A stretch of 64,000 bases of DNA, taken from the NCBI GenBank assembly GCA_052168235.1, contig JBQLZK010000031.1, positions 14,853 through 78,852 of the forward strand, written 5' to 3'. Numbering within the stretch: the first letter of the stretch is position 1; the number at the start of each line of letters is the position of its first letter. Shown piece after piece: positions 40,984 through 51,718 of the stretch. Source of the DNA: Thainema sp. (GTDB lineage: Bacteria > Cyanobacteriota > Cyanobacteriia > Phormidesmidales > Phormidesmidaceae). A model generated the notes under the pieces. It worked only from the letters and a program-made list of their open reading frames with translations, was not told the origin of the DNA and did no database searches. Position numbers and translations under genes: made by a program.

Positions 40984-41757
40984 ATGACTCTCTCACCTGC
41001 AATTCAGCTTCATCAGGTCAGCAAGACCTACAGCAACGGTACGGTTGCCCTCCAGGGAGTCGATTTGGCCATTCAGCCCTCTGAATTTGTCAGTCTCGTC
41101 GGGCCGTCGGGCTGCGGTAAGAGTACGGTGTTACGGATCATGGCGGGGTTGGGACAACATTCTGCGGGCTGGTTGGAGTGGCAGGAAGATCCATCGGTGC
41201 AGAACCTGGCCTTTGTCTTCCAGGAAGCGGCGTTGATGCCTTGGGCAACAGTGGTAGACAATGTCCACCTGCCGCTGAAACTGATGGGTCGATCGCTGCG
41301 GCAGTCGCGAGCGGCGATTCAGGAAGCGCTCAATATGGTGCATCTGGAGGGATTTGAGCAGGCCTATCCCCGTGAGCTATCGGGCGGGATGAAAATGCGG
41401 GTTTCGATTGCGCGAGCGCTGGTGACCAAGCCGCAAATTTTGCTGATGGATGAACCCTTTGGCGCTCTGGATGAGATGACCCGCAGCAAGCTGAATGACG
41501 AAATCCTGCGGCTGTGGAATGAAAAGCGCTGGACAGTAGTATTCGTGACCCACAATATTTATGAGGCAGTTTATTTGTCGAATCGCGTGGTGGTGATGGC
41601 GGCACGTCCGGGTCGAGTAGTGGCTGATGTGCCGATTGAGGAACCCTATCCTCGTAGTGACGATTTCCGCATGTCGCCACGGTTCAATCAGTACTGTCGC
41701 GAAATTTCAGCGCGGCTTTCGGAAGGTACATCAATGCCCCATATGGTGACAAACTGA
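40984..41757 (+). CDS. NitT/TauT ABC ATP-binding protein
   Basis: [31 protein letters not shown]. Confidence 0.95.
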   Translation: MTLSPAIQLHQVSKTYSNGTVALQGVDLAIQPSEFVSLVGPSGCGKSTVLRIMAGLGQHSAGWLEWQEDPSVQNLAFVFQEAALMPWATVVDNVHLPLKLMGRSLRQSRAAIQEALNMVHLEGFEQAYPRELSGGMKMRVSIARALVTKPQILLMDEPFGALDEMTRSKLNDEILRLWNEKRWTVVFVTHNIYEAVYLSNRVVVMAARPGRVVADVPIEEPYPRSDDFRMSPRFNQYCREISARLSEGTSMPHMVTN

Positions 41758-41758
41758 C

Positions 41759-42595
41759 ATGGCGCTGCACAACCCAATCAAACACCCCCTCAAACGTCTA
41801 AAGCTCAAGCGGTTGCTGACTCCAGAGGTGATTGCACCGTTTGTCGTTGGCGTAATTATGCTGCTGATTTGGGATTTGGCAGTGCGGATCTTCAGCCTGC
41901 CGCCCTATTTGTTGCCGGGGCCGCTGCTCGTGCTGCAAACGCTGATTGCAGAGTGGGGCGACTTGTTTGCGGCCCTGCTCGTCACCATCAAAATTACGCT
42001 AGTCGCATTCCTGGCGGCAGTCGTGTCTGGTTTGCTGATTGCAATTCTGTTTGCCCAAAGTAAGTGGATTGAGCGCAGCTTTTTTCCCTATGCCGTGGTG
42101 CTACAGACCACCCCCATTGTTGCGATCGCACCTTTGATCATTATCTGGCTGCGGAACAGCACCTTTGCCGCACTGGTGATTTGCGCCTGGATTGTGGCCC
42201 TATTTCCAATTATTTCAAATACAACGCTGGGCTTAAATAGTGCCGATCACAATTTGCTGAATCTGTTTCAGCTCTACAAATCGTCGCGCTGGCAAACGCT
42301 GCTGTATTTGCGCTTACCCAGTGCCCTGCCCTACTTTTTGGGTGCGCTGCGGATTAGTGGCGGCTTAGCCCTGATTGGTGCCGTCGTCGCTGAATTTGTG
42401 GCCGGGACGGGTGGGCAGCAGTCGGGGATTGCCTACGAAATTTTGATGTCGAGCTACAACCTGCAAATTCCCCGCATGTTTGCCGCTCTGCTGATGACAA
42501 CAGTGCTGGGCGTGATTATCTTTGTGGTGTTGACAATCATTTCGGATCTGCTGCTGCGCAATTGGCACGAAAGCGCAGTTAAACGCGAGAACTAG
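41759..42595 (+). CDS. NitT/TauT ABC permease
   Basis: LQTTPIVAIAPL, LRLPSALP, IGAVVAEF. Confidence 0.93.
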   Translation: MALHNPIKHPLKRLKLKRLLTPEVIAPFVVGVIMLLIWDLAVRIFSLPPYLLPGPLLVLQTLIAEWGDLFAALLVTIKITLVAFLAAVVSGLLIAILFAQSKWIERSFFPYAVVLQTTPIVAIAPLIIIWLRNSTFAALVICAWIVALFPIISNTTLGLNSADHNLLNLFQLYKSSRWQTLLYLRLPSALPYFLGALRISGGLALIGAVVAEFVAGTGGQQSGIAYEILMSSYNLQIPRMFAALLMTTVLGVIIFVVLTIISDLLLRNWHESAVKREN

Positions 42596-42622
42596 CACTG
42601 TAAATGTGCGATCGCAAGAACG

Positions 42623-42654
42623 CTAGAAAGGGGGGCACCAGCCCTCCTTTCTGG
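42623..42654. terminator. Stem-loop after the ABC operon
   Basis: CTAGAAAGGGGGGC...GCCCTCCTTTCTGG between convergent genes. Confidence 0.5.
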
Positions 42655-42791
42655 TCTGAATTAAGCTTCAGTAATCAGCACATTGACCTCCTGCGTGACC
42701 AGCAAATCGACCGACCCGTTGCGGTAGCGGGTGAAGCAGAGCATCACGCTAAACAGAGACCACGGCATACCGTGTCCTACGAATTTTTCAG

Positions 42792-44336
42792 TTACCGCTG
42801 CCATCGCAGCCAAGCAGTGGTAATTTTTTTAACTAACGGTGTAAATCGACTGAGGCTGTACTGATCAGCCGTCTTCCGAATGACTTCTGCTTGAGTTGGG
42901 TAACGATGAATCACACTTGCGATCGCACCCAGCCCCAACCGCTTCTCCATTGCCAGCGTAATCTCGTTAATCATCTCGCCCGCATGACGAGCGACCACCG
43001 TTGCCCCCAGAATCCAATCCTGGTTGGCGGCCAGGTGAATTTTGGCAAAGCCGTCCGTTTCGCCGTCCGTTACGGCTCGATCCACCTCTGTCAAAGGGAG
43101 CGTAAAGGTACGTACATCTTGCCGTTCAGCTACTTCACTGGCAGGCAGGCCTACATGGGCCACTTCTGGGTCAGTGTAGGTACACCACGGCATGGTTAAA
43201 CTACTCAGATTGCGGCGACCGATGCCAAACACCGCAAACAGCGCATTTTGAATCAGAATCCGGGCAGCGGCATCGGCAGCATGGGTAAACTTCCAGCTCA
43301 TGCAGCAGTCACCAACCGCGTAGATGTGGGGATTACTGGTCTGCAAGTAGTCATTGATGCAGATACCCTGCTTCGAGTCAGCCTTCACTCCAGCCTGCTC
43401 TAGGTTCAGCCCGTGAATGTTGGGCTGCCGCCCCACGCCAACTAGAATCTCGTCTACAACAACAGTATGGCCAGTATCCCCCAGTTGGTAATCAATAACT
43501 TTCTCGTTGCCCCGCCGCTCTACGCGCTGCACCTGAGCCTCAAGCACCAGATGAATGCCCTCCTCAGTAAAGACGCGCTGCATCAGGTCTGAAACATCTG
43601 GATCAGACTTCTTCAGGATGCGCGATCCCCGCTGTAGCAGCGTCACCTCTGAACCCAGGCGATGAAACGCTTGGGCGAGTTCGCAGCCAATGTAGCCACC
43701 ACCAATCACCGCTAATCGAGCAGGGCGCTCAGTTAAATTAAAAACGGTTTCATTGGTTAGATAGCCAACCTCCTCTAGGCCCTCAATCGGCAGTTGGACT
43801 GGACTCGAACCCGTTGCGATCGCAGCTTTTTTAAACCGTAACTGCTGATCACCGACGGTAATCGTGTCGGCACCTGAAAACGCCGCTCGACCAAAGAAAA
43901 CATCTACTCCATAGTGATCTCGCAGACGGCTAGCAGAATCGTTTTTACTAATGTCCGCTCGCACTCGCCGCAGCCGCTCCATGACTTGCGCAAAGTCCAC
44001 CTGCACATCATCCGGTACCTGTACCCCGAAGCGACCCGCCCCACGCACGTCATAAACAGCCCGTGCTGAACGAATTAGAGCCTTTGAAGGGACACAGCCT
44101 ACGTTTGTGCAGTCCCCACCCATTAAATGCTGTTCAATTAAAGCCGTCTTTGCCCCCAACATGGCAGCACCAGCAGCCGTGACTAGCCCAGCCGTCCCAG
44201 CCCCGATGACCACTAAGTTGTAGCGCTCCGCCGGGACAGGATTTTGCCAGTCGGAGGGGTGCAGGTTGGACACCAGCGTTTGGTTATGGGTGTCCATTGG
44301 GGGAACGGAAACGGGGTTGGGGAATACCTGAGTCAC
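42792..44336 (-). CDS. Class I pyridine nucleotide-disulfide oxidoreductase (mercuric-reductase-like)
   Basis: GAGTAG; redox pair GGDCTNVGCVPSK; GGGYIG; lacks the C-terminal Cys-Cys of true MerA. Confidence 0.88.
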   Translation of the reverse strand: MTQVFPNPVSVPPMDTHNQTLVSNLHPSDWQNPVPAERYNLVVIGAGTAGLVTAAGAAMLGAKTALIEQHLMGGDCTNVGCVPSKALIRSARAVYDVRGAGRFGVQVPDDVQVDFAQVMERLRRVRADISKNDSASRLRDHYGVDVFFGRAAFSGADTITVGDQQLRFKKAAIATGSSPVQLPIEGLEEVGYLTNETVFNLTERPARLAVIGGGYIGCELAQAFHRLGSEVTLLQRGSRILKKSDPDVSDLMQRVFTEEGIHLVLEAQVQRVERRGNEKVIDYQLGDTGHTVVVDEILVGVGRQPNIHGLNLEQAGVKADSKQGICINDYLQTSNPHIYAVGDCCMSWKFTHAADAAARILIQNALFAVFGIGRRNLSSLTMPWCTYTDPEVAHVGLPASEVAERQDVRTFTLPLTEVDRAVTDGETDGFAKIHLAANQDWILGATVVARHAGEMINEITLAMEKRLGLGAIASVIHRYPTQAEVIRKTADQYSLSRFTPLVKKITTAWLRWQR

Positions 44337-44518
44337 GCCTGTCCTCTAGCTTGCCGTTATAAATGATGAATTTATATGTAGTGACTCACATGTTCCCAAA
44401 GTTAGATTTATGCAGGTTCTCGGCATCAAAACTCGCGAAGTTTTTTAGTATGAAAGCAACGAAATTTCTGCTTTAATTGGCGTTTTTTCTAATTGAAATA
44501 ACTTAACTTTGTGAGATC

Positions 44519-44914
44519 ATGACTTCCCTAAACCCGCAACAAGCAAAAACTCTCGCGGCTTTTATGACAGCCCTAGAGCAGCAAGATGAACCATTGCCAA
44601 CAGGGTTACAACAACAGCTCCACGCCATTGGTCAAAATTTAGAGGCTCGCATCGCTGAGCTACCAGGAATTGCGGCCAGTTTGCCGCACTTAAATCAGGC
44701 ATACCAGGCAGCACTCGCGAATACTCAAACCGATCAAGGAGGCCAGGGCGCAACGCTCGTCTCCACGAATCCAGACTACAGCGACAAACTCCGCGATCGC
44801 GCTGTCCAAGTTCTCACTGATTCAGATCCCGTTCAAGCCGCTCAGTACAGCCAGCGTCGCGGTTTGGGGCAGATTGCTTCTAATCCCATTAAGCGCCTAT
44901 TTGGCAGGGGCTAA
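44519..44914 (+). CDS. Hypothetical protein
   Basis: 131-aa helical ORF filling the gap between flanking genes. Confidence 0.7.
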   Translation: MTSLNPQQAKTLAAFMTALEQQDEPLPTGLQQQLHAIGQNLEARIAELPGIAASLPHLNQAYQAALANTQTDQGGQGATLVSTNPDYSDKLRDRAVQVLTDSDPVQAAQYSQRRGLGQIASNPIKRLFGRG

Positions 44915-44947
44915 GCTCTAAGGTCGTCTGAAATTCAAGGAAAAACT

Positions 44948-46384
44948 TTAGCGACTGGAACAGTCAGCAATGGTGTGCAGCCGGATGAAATTAGTGCCCA
45001 TTGGGGTACCGCTGGGAATACCTCCCATGATCAGGATCTTGTCGCCAGCCTCCGCAATATTGCGATCGCACAAATAGGTTTGCGCCTGGTTGACCAATTC
45101 TTCGAAGGTCGTCACCTCGTGGTCGAGCAAAATAGGCTTCACACCCCAAATTAGATTCAATCGATGATAAACATTTTCATCCGGCGTGAAAGCGACTACC
45201 GGAGCGCGGGGCCGTTCACCTGCGGCAATAATGGCGGTGTAGCCCGTCGCGGTGAATGCCGCAATACACCTGAGGTCGAGGATATCATCAATGACATTCA
45301 GTGCCTCACTCAGGGCATGGGTTTCATCGGTTAGCGCTGGGGGATTGTTAACAAACTTGAGGTCTTTCTCAACGTCGGTGGCAATCCGGGCCAGCATTTC
45401 CACGGCTTGCACCGGGTAAGCTCCCACAGCCGACTCACCCGATAGCATGACGGCATCCGTCCCGTCAATAATTGCATTGGCTACGTCGCTGGCTTCAGCC
45501 CTTGTGGGTCGCGGATTGCGAATCATGCTGTCCAGCATTTGCGTAGCGGTAATCACCGGAATGCTGCGCTTATTGCAGGCACGAATAATTTGCTTTTGCA
45601 GCATCGGCACTTTTTCTGGCCGCATTTCCACACCCAAATCGCCTCGCGCCACCATCACCGCATCGCATTCATCCAGAATGGCATCTAAATTTGCGATCGC
45701 TTGTGGTTTTTCAATTTTGGCCAGCACAGGCACATCGTCTGCCCCCTTCTCCGCCATCAGCGCTTTCAAAGCCCGTATGTCTTCACCCCGCCGCACAAAA
45801 CTAAGCGAAACCAAATCCACCCCTTGCGACAGGCCAAAGTCTAAATCCTGCTTGTCTTTCTCCGTCAGCGATGGCAACCGCAAGTCTAAATCGGGCAGAT
45901 TCACGCCCTTACGGTTGCTCAGCAAGCCACCCTGAATCACGGTGCAAATAACTTGATTGGCCTGCACTGCATCCACCTTTAGTTCCAGCAGCCCATCATC
46001 CATCAGCACCTGCATACCGGACTGCGCTTCTTCAGCCAGGTAGGGATAATCAATGGCTGCTGTATTCGGTTCCCCTTCAAATTTGTCCACAGGAACCAGC
46101 GTTAGAGTTTCCCCTTCAATCAGCTCAACGGTTTGACTGGGCAGGTGGGCAACGCGAATCTTTGGCCCCTGCAAATCCTGCATCAGGGTAATGGCCGCAT
46201 TTAATTCTTTGGAAACAGAACGCAGTAGCGCGACCATCCGGGCGTGGTCATCATAGTTACCATGCGAAAAGTTGAGCCGCGCCACGCTCATGCCAGCTCT
46301 AAACATGCGACGAACAATTTCGGGAGAGCTGCTGGCGGGGCCAATCGTGGCAACGATTTTGGTGCGATGAGGCAGGAGCTTCAT
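44948..46384 (-). CDS. pyk: Pyruvate kinase (short form, no C-terminal PEP-utiliser domain)
   Basis: [56 protein letters not shown]. Confidence 0.97.
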   Translation of the reverse strand: MKLLPHRTKIVATIGPASSSPEIVRRMFRAGMSVARLNFSHGNYDDHARMVALLRSVSKELNAAITLMQDLQGPKIRVAHLPSQTVELIEGETLTLVPVDKFEGEPNTAAIDYPYLAEEAQSGMQVLMDDGLLELKVDAVQANQVICTVIQGGLLSNRKGVNLPDLDLRLPSLTEKDKQDLDFGLSQGVDLVSLSFVRRGEDIRALKALMAEKGADDVPVLAKIEKPQAIANLDAILDECDAVMVARGDLGVEMRPEKVPMLQKQIIRACNKRSIPVITATQMLDSMIRNPRPTRAEASDVANAIIDGTDAVMLSGESAVGAYPVQAVEMLARIATDVEKDLKFVNNPPALTDETHALSEALNVIDDILDLRCIAAFTATGYTAIIAAGERPRAPVVAFTPDENVYHRLNLIWGVKPILLDHEVTTFEELVNQAQTYLCDRNIAEAGDKILIMGGIPSGTPMGTNFIRLHTIADCSSR

Positions 46385-46499
46385 AAGCGAAACGTATAAA
46401 TGCTTCCGCGCCTACTATAGCGAGTTCATCACAAAGCAGACTGTCGGCTGGGCGACGATAAGTAAGACTCTCCAATTCTCTTAATGGTTATTAATTTAA

Positions 46500-46589
46500 T
46501 AGACTTTATTGGAAATAAAGTTTTTGGGATCGGAAATTGTTTTGTAGCGCGGCGCCGCCGCGCTACAAAACAATTTCCGATAAGGTCTA
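46500..46589. mobile_element. TAGAC...GTCTA MITE-like element with perfect 53-bp palindrome
   Basis: Ends TAGACTTTATTGGAAAT / ATTTCCGATAAGGTCTA; 26-bp arms at 46529-46554 and 46556-46581. Confidence 0.7.
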
Positions 46590-46739
46590 ATGGTCAATTT
46601 AACCAAACCCGCCCGACGCCAGTAGTACCAGTTTTGGGAATTAACACTACAGATGAGATCCGTACCGAGTGCTGGGTGCTAAGGGATATTGAGATTCTTC
46701 CTATCCCTCCGACCCTGCTACTCTCCTACCCTCCTACCC

Positions 46740-47486
46740 CTATTTCCCCCCCGCCACATCAATAAACGTACCAGTCGTATACGACGCATCCGCCGACAGC
46801 AACCACAGGATTGCCTTGGCGACTTCGCTGGCCTGACCGCCGCGCTTCATCGGCACAAATTCTTTAACTCGCTCCACCCGATTCGGTTCACCCCCGCTGG
46901 CGTGAATATCGGTGTAAATGAAACCGGGACGGACTGCATTTACTCGAATCCCTTCGTCGGCCACTTCTTTGGCAAGGCCAATCGTCAGGGTGTCAATGGC
47001 CCCTTTGGAAGCGGCATAGTCTACATATTCACCCGGAGAGCCTAAGCGAGACGCAACCGATGAGACATTGACGATTGCGCCACCACTGCCGCCCCGTTTG
47101 GTAGACATTCGTTTAATCGCTTCTCTCGCACATAAAAAACTGCCCGTAATATTGGCAGCAAAAATTCGGTTTAGTCGAGCCGCATCGACCTGTTCAACTC
47201 GGATTTGCTGTTCCAAAATACCCGCATTATTAACCAGAGCCGTTACTTTTCCCAACTGTTTATCTACAGTTTCAAACAGGCGCATTACATCAGTTTCAGA
47301 CGCCACATCAGCCGCGATCGCAATTGCTTTGCCGCCCATTTGTTGAATGGAGTTGACAACACGATTGGCTGCGTCTTGATTGCGGAGATAGTTTACACAA
47401 ACCGCATATCCCTGCTCAGCCGCCAGACAAGCCGTAGCCGCACCAATGCCGCGACTGCCACCTGTAATAATTAGGACTTTATCCAT
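46740..47486 (-). CDS. Short-chain dehydrogenase/reductase (YgfF-like)
   Basis: TGGSRGIG, NNAG, YAASK, IRVNAVRPG. Confidence 0.95.
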   Translation of the reverse strand: MDKVLIITGGSRGIGAATACLAAEQGYAVCVNYLRNQDAANRVVNSIQQMGGKAIAIAADVASETDVMRLFETVDKQLGKVTALVNNAGILEQQIRVEQVDAARLNRIFAANITGSFLCAREAIKRMSTKRGGSGGAIVNVSSVASRLGSPGEYVDYAASKGAIDTLTIGLAKEVADEGIRVNAVRPGFIYTDIHASGGEPNRVERVKEFVPMKRGGQASEVAKAILWLLSADASYTTGTFIDVAGGK

Positions 47487-47500
47487 TCGTCATAATACCT

Positions 47501-48064
47501 TCAGGCTCTTAGTTTGATGTAGAAAAGATGTTTACCGGACGACAAGCATTGCGAACAAGTATCAGCCAAGGCTTTCAGTAAGTAGATAAATCCCTCGATT
47601 GAATCATCTTCATATCGTTGACTGAGAGAAACTTCTTCAAACAGTTTGATGTACTGCTCGGGGGTGAGCTGGCGGCGATTGCGATAGATTGAGCCAGCAT
47701 ACTGAAGAAATTCAATGTCGCTCGTTTCCTGATAGTGCTGCGGCAAGTTTTTGAATCCTGCTAAGGTTTCTTGTTTGACAATATCTAATGAGACTTGTGC
47801 TGATTTAATATCTGTCGGCTCAAGATAGGCAACTTCTGACTGCAAAAAATCGAGGCCACTTTCCTGATAGTGTTCGCAGACATAGCGAATGACCCATAGG
47901 TAATACCAATTTGTGGAAAACGACTGTCTTAGCGTACCGTTGTCATACCAAGTTTTTAACTCGTCAAACGTGAAACCTGATAAGGCTGCATTCGGATCCT
48001 GCATATCCGCTAAGCCTGGATCAGGTTCAACAGGCATAAATAAAATTGGCGTTCCGGATGTCAT
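47501..48064 (-). CDS. Hypothetical protein
   Basis: 187-aa ORF tightly packed between co-oriented genes; more AT-rich than neighbours. Confidence 0.7.
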   Translation of the reverse strand: MTSGTPILFMPVEPDPGLADMQDPNAALSGFTFDELKTWYDNGTLRQSFSTNWYYLWVIRYVCEHYQESGLDFLQSEVAYLEPTDIKSAQVSLDIVKQETLAGFKNLPQHYQETSDIEFLQYAGSIYRNRRQLTPEQYIKLFEEVSLSQRYEDDSIEGFIYLLKALADTCSQCLSSGKHLFYIKLRA

Positions 48065-48072
48065 GAGATGGT

Positions 48073-48696
48073 TTACTTCTGTGCTTGAATTACCTGTAAA
48101 CTGCCGCCCGCATGTAAATCTGAGCGAGCAATCTTGAATCCTACCTGTTCTAGAAGCTGCGGCAAATTGCTGTTAATTAGCTTCCAGGCTGTTTCCGTTT
48201 CAAACAGCCACATGAATGTTGCTAAACCGGGCCAGAAAATTGGATTGGTCGGCTTGTGCAGGTCAACCAGCGCAAAATATCCGCCCGGACGCAGCACTCG
48301 ATAGACTTCCCGCAAAATTTGCTGGAGCTGATCTGGCTGCATTTCGTGCAGCGCAACGCTGGTATGCACCAGGCCAAATTCCTGATCGGCAAAGGGCAAA
48401 TCCTCCGCCCAGCCTTCCACATAGTTCGCTGCGGGCACATTGTGCTGAGCCCGCTGAATCGATTTCGGGGACGCATCGAGACCCGTAACCTGTTGCGATC
48501 GCATCACCAAAAACTGAGTGGTTTGTCCACTGCCGCAGCAGAGGTCTAGCACCTTTGTTTCGGCCTCAATTGGTAACTCGCGCAACGCCAACTGCCGAAA
48601 CCGGGCTTCTCCACCCACGCTGAGAGCCGACAAGCGAGAAATCCCGTCATAGAGCCATTGATAGCGATAGCTTAAATCGCGCAGGATAGTTGCCAT
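48073..48696 (-). CDS. Class I SAM-dependent methyltransferase (UbiE-like)
   Basis: VLDLCCGSG, GLDAS, AEDLPF, ALHE, RVLRPGG; likely start MATILRD at 48696. Confidence 0.92.
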   Translation of the reverse strand: MATILRDLSYRYQWLYDGISRLSALSVGGEARFRQLALRELPIEAETKVLDLCCGSGQTTQFLVMRSQQVTGLDASPKSIQRAQHNVPAANYVEGWAEDLPFADQEFGLVHTSVALHEMQPDQLQQILREVYRVLRPGGYFALVDLHKPTNPIFWPGLATFMWLFETETAWKLINSNLPQLLEQVGFKIARSDLHAGGSLQVIQAQK

Positions 48697-48760
48697 AGGG
48701 GTAGACCAGTTGGTTTGATTTAGAATGGTAAATCTGAGTAAAACAGTACACCGTTGAGCC

Positions 48761-49579
48761 ATGATTGTCGTTGCGGCGTTTTATAAATTTGTCCATCTGC
48801 CTGATTTTGCCGATCAACAGCAGCAGATCCAGACTCTGTGTTGCGATCGCAACATTCGCGGCACAATTCTGCTAGCGGAAGAAGGGATCAACGGCACAAT
48901 TGCAGGCACTCGCGCCGATATTGACGCCGTGTTTGATACGCTGCGACAGGATTCACGGCTCGCTGATCTCTCACCACAGGAGTCTTATAGCGATGAGCAG
49001 CCATTTGGCCGGATGAAAGTGAAGCTTAAGTCCGAAATTGTCACGCTGGGTAAGCCGGATATCAATCCAACCTGCCAGGTCGGTGAATACGTTGATCCGC
49101 AGGAGTGGAACCAGCTAATCGCCAGTCCCGATACGCTGGTGATTGACACGCGAAATGACTTTGAAGTCCGCATGGGCACGTTCAAAGGAGCGCAAAATCC
49201 AAATACAAAATCGTTTCGCCAGTTTCCCGACTATGTGCAGCAGTCTCTTAAGCCAAATAGCGATCGCAAAGTGGCCATGTTCTGCACGGGCGGCATTCGC
49301 TGCGAGAAGGCCACGGCCTATTTACTTAGTCAAGGATTTGAAGAGGTCTACCACCTGAAAGGCGGCATCCTGCGCTATTTAGAAGAAGTGCCACCGGAAG
49401 AAAGCCTGTGGGAAGGTGACTGTTTCGTTTTTGACGAACGAATTGCTGTTACCCACGGCTTGGCTCCAGTACCCGACTATGAGTTCTGCGAAATCTGCGG
49501 CAATCCCCTGAATGAGCACGATAAAGCCTCACCTGATTTTGAGGTTGGTGTGAGGTGTCCATATTGTCCACGTGGTTAG
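48761..49579 (+). CDS. trhO: Rhodanese-domain tRNA uridine(34) hydroxylase (TrhO/YceA family)
   Basis: GTILLAEEGINGT, IDTRNDFE, MFCTGGIRCEKA, HLKGGILRY, CFVFDER. Confidence 0.9.
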   Translation: MIVVAAFYKFVHLPDFADQQQQIQTLCCDRNIRGTILLAEEGINGTIAGTRADIDAVFDTLRQDSRLADLSPQESYSDEQPFGRMKVKLKSEIVTLGKPDINPTCQVGEYVDPQEWNQLIASPDTLVIDTRNDFEVRMGTFKGAQNPNTKSFRQFPDYVQQSLKPNSDRKVAMFCTGGIRCEKATAYLLSQGFEEVYHLKGGILRYLEEVPPEESLWEGDCFVFDERIAVTHGLAPVPDYEFCEICGNPLNEHDKASPDFEVGVRCPYCPRG

Positions 49580-49601
49580 CTGGTCATAGTGTGTAAGAAG
49601 T

Positions 49602-49803
49602 GAGGAGCAGGGGAGCAGGGGAGCAAGGGAGAATCAGGAGCAAGGGGGAAAGGGAGCTTTATCGTTAGCGGTTGAGTTTGGGAGGATGAGTATGAGCGGG
49701 AGACGTTCTTGCTAGCTATTTTACTTGGTTTGCGAAATGAGGCTTATGCCCCTCCTGATCCCCTGCTCCCTTTCTCCCCTACTCCCTTTCTCCCCGCTCC
49801 CCA
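49602..49803. repeat. Inverted pair of GGGGAGCA-type short tandem repeat tracts
   Basis: G-rich tract ~49602-49656 and complementary C-rich tract ~49748-49803. Confidence 0.6.
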
Positions 49804-49902
49804 AACTCTACCCTCTAGCACGTCACCCTCTCTCTTGCGATAGGCAGCAGCCAGGGACAATTTTTTTACGATCTGGGAATTGATTGGACAGTCATTTTCC
49901 CT

Positions 49903-51591
49903 ATGCAAACTTACGATGTCGTCATTATTGGCGCGGGTCATAACGGCCTAGTCTGCGCAGCGTATCTGCTTAAAGCAGGATATAAAGTTTTGCTGCTCGA
50001 AAAACGTTCCATTCCAGGTGGTGCAGCGACTACTGAGGAAGCATTACCCGAAGAAGCCCCTGGCTTTAAGTTCAATCTGTGCGCTATTGATCACGAATTT
50101 ATCCATCTTGGCCCAGTGGTGAAAGAACTGGAGCTGGAAAAGTACGGTCTAGAATATCTCTTCTGCGATCCAGTGGTCTTTTGTCCCCATCCCGATGGCA
50201 AGTATTTCCTAGGTCATCGCTCTCTAGAGAAAACCTGTGCTGAAATTGCTCGCTATAGCGATCGCGATGCTCAAAAATATCGCGAGTACATGCAATTTTG
50301 GGATCGGTTGATTCAGGCGATTACTCCCATTTTTAATGCGCCGCCCAAGTCCATTGTGGATATGGCGGGCAACTATGGGCTGCATAATATTCAGGATCTG
50401 TTGTCGGTACTGGGCGGGATCGATCAATCATTGGACTTGGTGCGCACGATGCTGACCAGTCCCAAGGATTCACTCAATGAGTGGTTCGATTCTGAATTTC
50501 TCAAAGCGCCTTTGGCCCGTCTAGCGTCCGAGCTAGGTGCAACCCCATCTCAGAAAACGCTGGCCATCGGCGGCATGATGATGGCACTGCGGCATAATCC
50601 CGGTATGGCGCGGCCTCGTGGCGGTACTGGCGCATTAACGGATGCCCTCGTTCGCTTAGTCAAAGCAGAAGGCGGCACAATTCTCTGCGACCAGACGGTA
50701 GAGAAAGTGCTGATTGACGATAAAGGTCGGGCGATTGGTGTCCGGGTGCTCAATGGTGAAGAGTACCGGGCCAAGCATGGCGTGATCTCGAACATCGACG
50801 TGCAGCGGCTGTTCTTACAGATGCTCGATCCGGCTGATGTAGATGCGATCGCACCTAAACTAGGCGAACGAGTTGAACGGCGGATCGTCAACAACAACGA
50901 CGGCATCGTGAAAATTGACTGTGCTCTTTCCGAAGCACCCCGCTTTGAAAATTACAACCATCGCGACGAATACCTGATCGGTTCAGTCCTAATCGCCGAT
51001 TCGATGCATCAGATTGAAATGGCCCACAGCCTACCGGAAATGGGTCAAATCCCGGATGACGATCCGTCACTGTATGTTGTTGTGCCAACCATGCTCGATC
51101 CGTCAATGGCTCCCGATGGTCAACATACGCTGTGGATTGAGTTTTTTGCTCCCTATCAAATTCACGGAGCAGAAGGCACGGGCAAATACGGCACGGGCTG
51201 GACAGATGAGCTGAAAAATAAAGTTGCCGATCGGGTGATCGACAAGCTAGCAGATTATGCGCCCAATGTGAAAAACGCCATCATCGCTCGGCGAGTAGAA
51301 AGCCCAGCCGACCTGACTGAACGGCTAGGCGTCTACAAGGGTAACCACTATCACATTGATATGACGCTAGATCAAATGGTCTTTTTCCGACCCTTGCCCG
51401 AAATCGCCAACTATAAAACCCCGATTGAGGGACTCTTTCTCACAGGGGCAGGCACACATCCCGGTGGCGCAATTTCCGGTATGCCCGGTCGTAACTGTGC
51501 CCGCGTCTTTCTAAAGCGCCAAGAACCCATCAAGCAAAACGTCAAAGAAGTCGGCGACTGGCTACAGTCGATCATGAAGTCGTCGGTCTAG
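49903..51591 (+). CDS. crtO: Beta-carotene ketolase, CrtO type
   Basis: GAGHNGLVCAAYL, CAIDHEFI, ARPRGGTGALT, LWIEFFAPY, GAGTHPGG match cyanobacterial CrtO. Confidence 0.85.
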   Translation: MQTYDVVIIGAGHNGLVCAAYLLKAGYKVLLLEKRSIPGGAATTEEALPEEAPGFKFNLCAIDHEFIHLGPVVKELELEKYGLEYLFCDPVVFCPHPDGKYFLGHRSLEKTCAEIARYSDRDAQKYREYMQFWDRLIQAITPIFNAPPKSIVDMAGNYGLHNIQDLLSVLGGIDQSLDLVRTMLTSPKDSLNEWFDSEFLKAPLARLASELGATPSQKTLAIGGMMMALRHNPGMARPRGGTGALTDALVRLVKAEGGTILCDQTVEKVLIDDKGRAIGVRVLNGEEYRAKHGVISNIDVQRLFLQMLDPADVDAIAPKLGERVERRIVNNNDGIVKIDCALSEAPRFENYNHRDEYLIGSVLIADSMHQIEMAHSLPEMGQIPDDDPSLYVVVPTMLDPSMAPDGQHTLWIEFFAPYQIHGAEGTGKYGTGWTDELKNKVADRVIDKLADYAPNVKNAIIARRVESPADLTERLGVYKGNHYHIDMTLDQMVFFRPLPEIANYKTPIEGLFLTGAGTHPGGAISGMPGRNCARVFLKRQEPIKQNVKEVGDWLQSIMKSSV

Positions 51592-51688
51592 TCTGCGTAT
51601 AAGAACCCAATTTATTTTTTGTGAAACGTTTGCGGAGCAAACGTTTCACAAAAAATAAATCATGGGTTTTCAACCAGACTTGGTATAA
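51589..51688. mobile_element. MITE-like palindromic element, family A
   Basis: AAGAACCCAATTTATTTTTTGTGAAACGTT..AACGTTTCACAAAAAATAAAT..GGGTTTT..CAGACTTGGTATA; near-identical to the 61559 copy. Confidence 0.8.
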
Positions 51689-51718
51689 ACCTGAGTTACT
51701 GTGCCTGAGGAGGCAATT

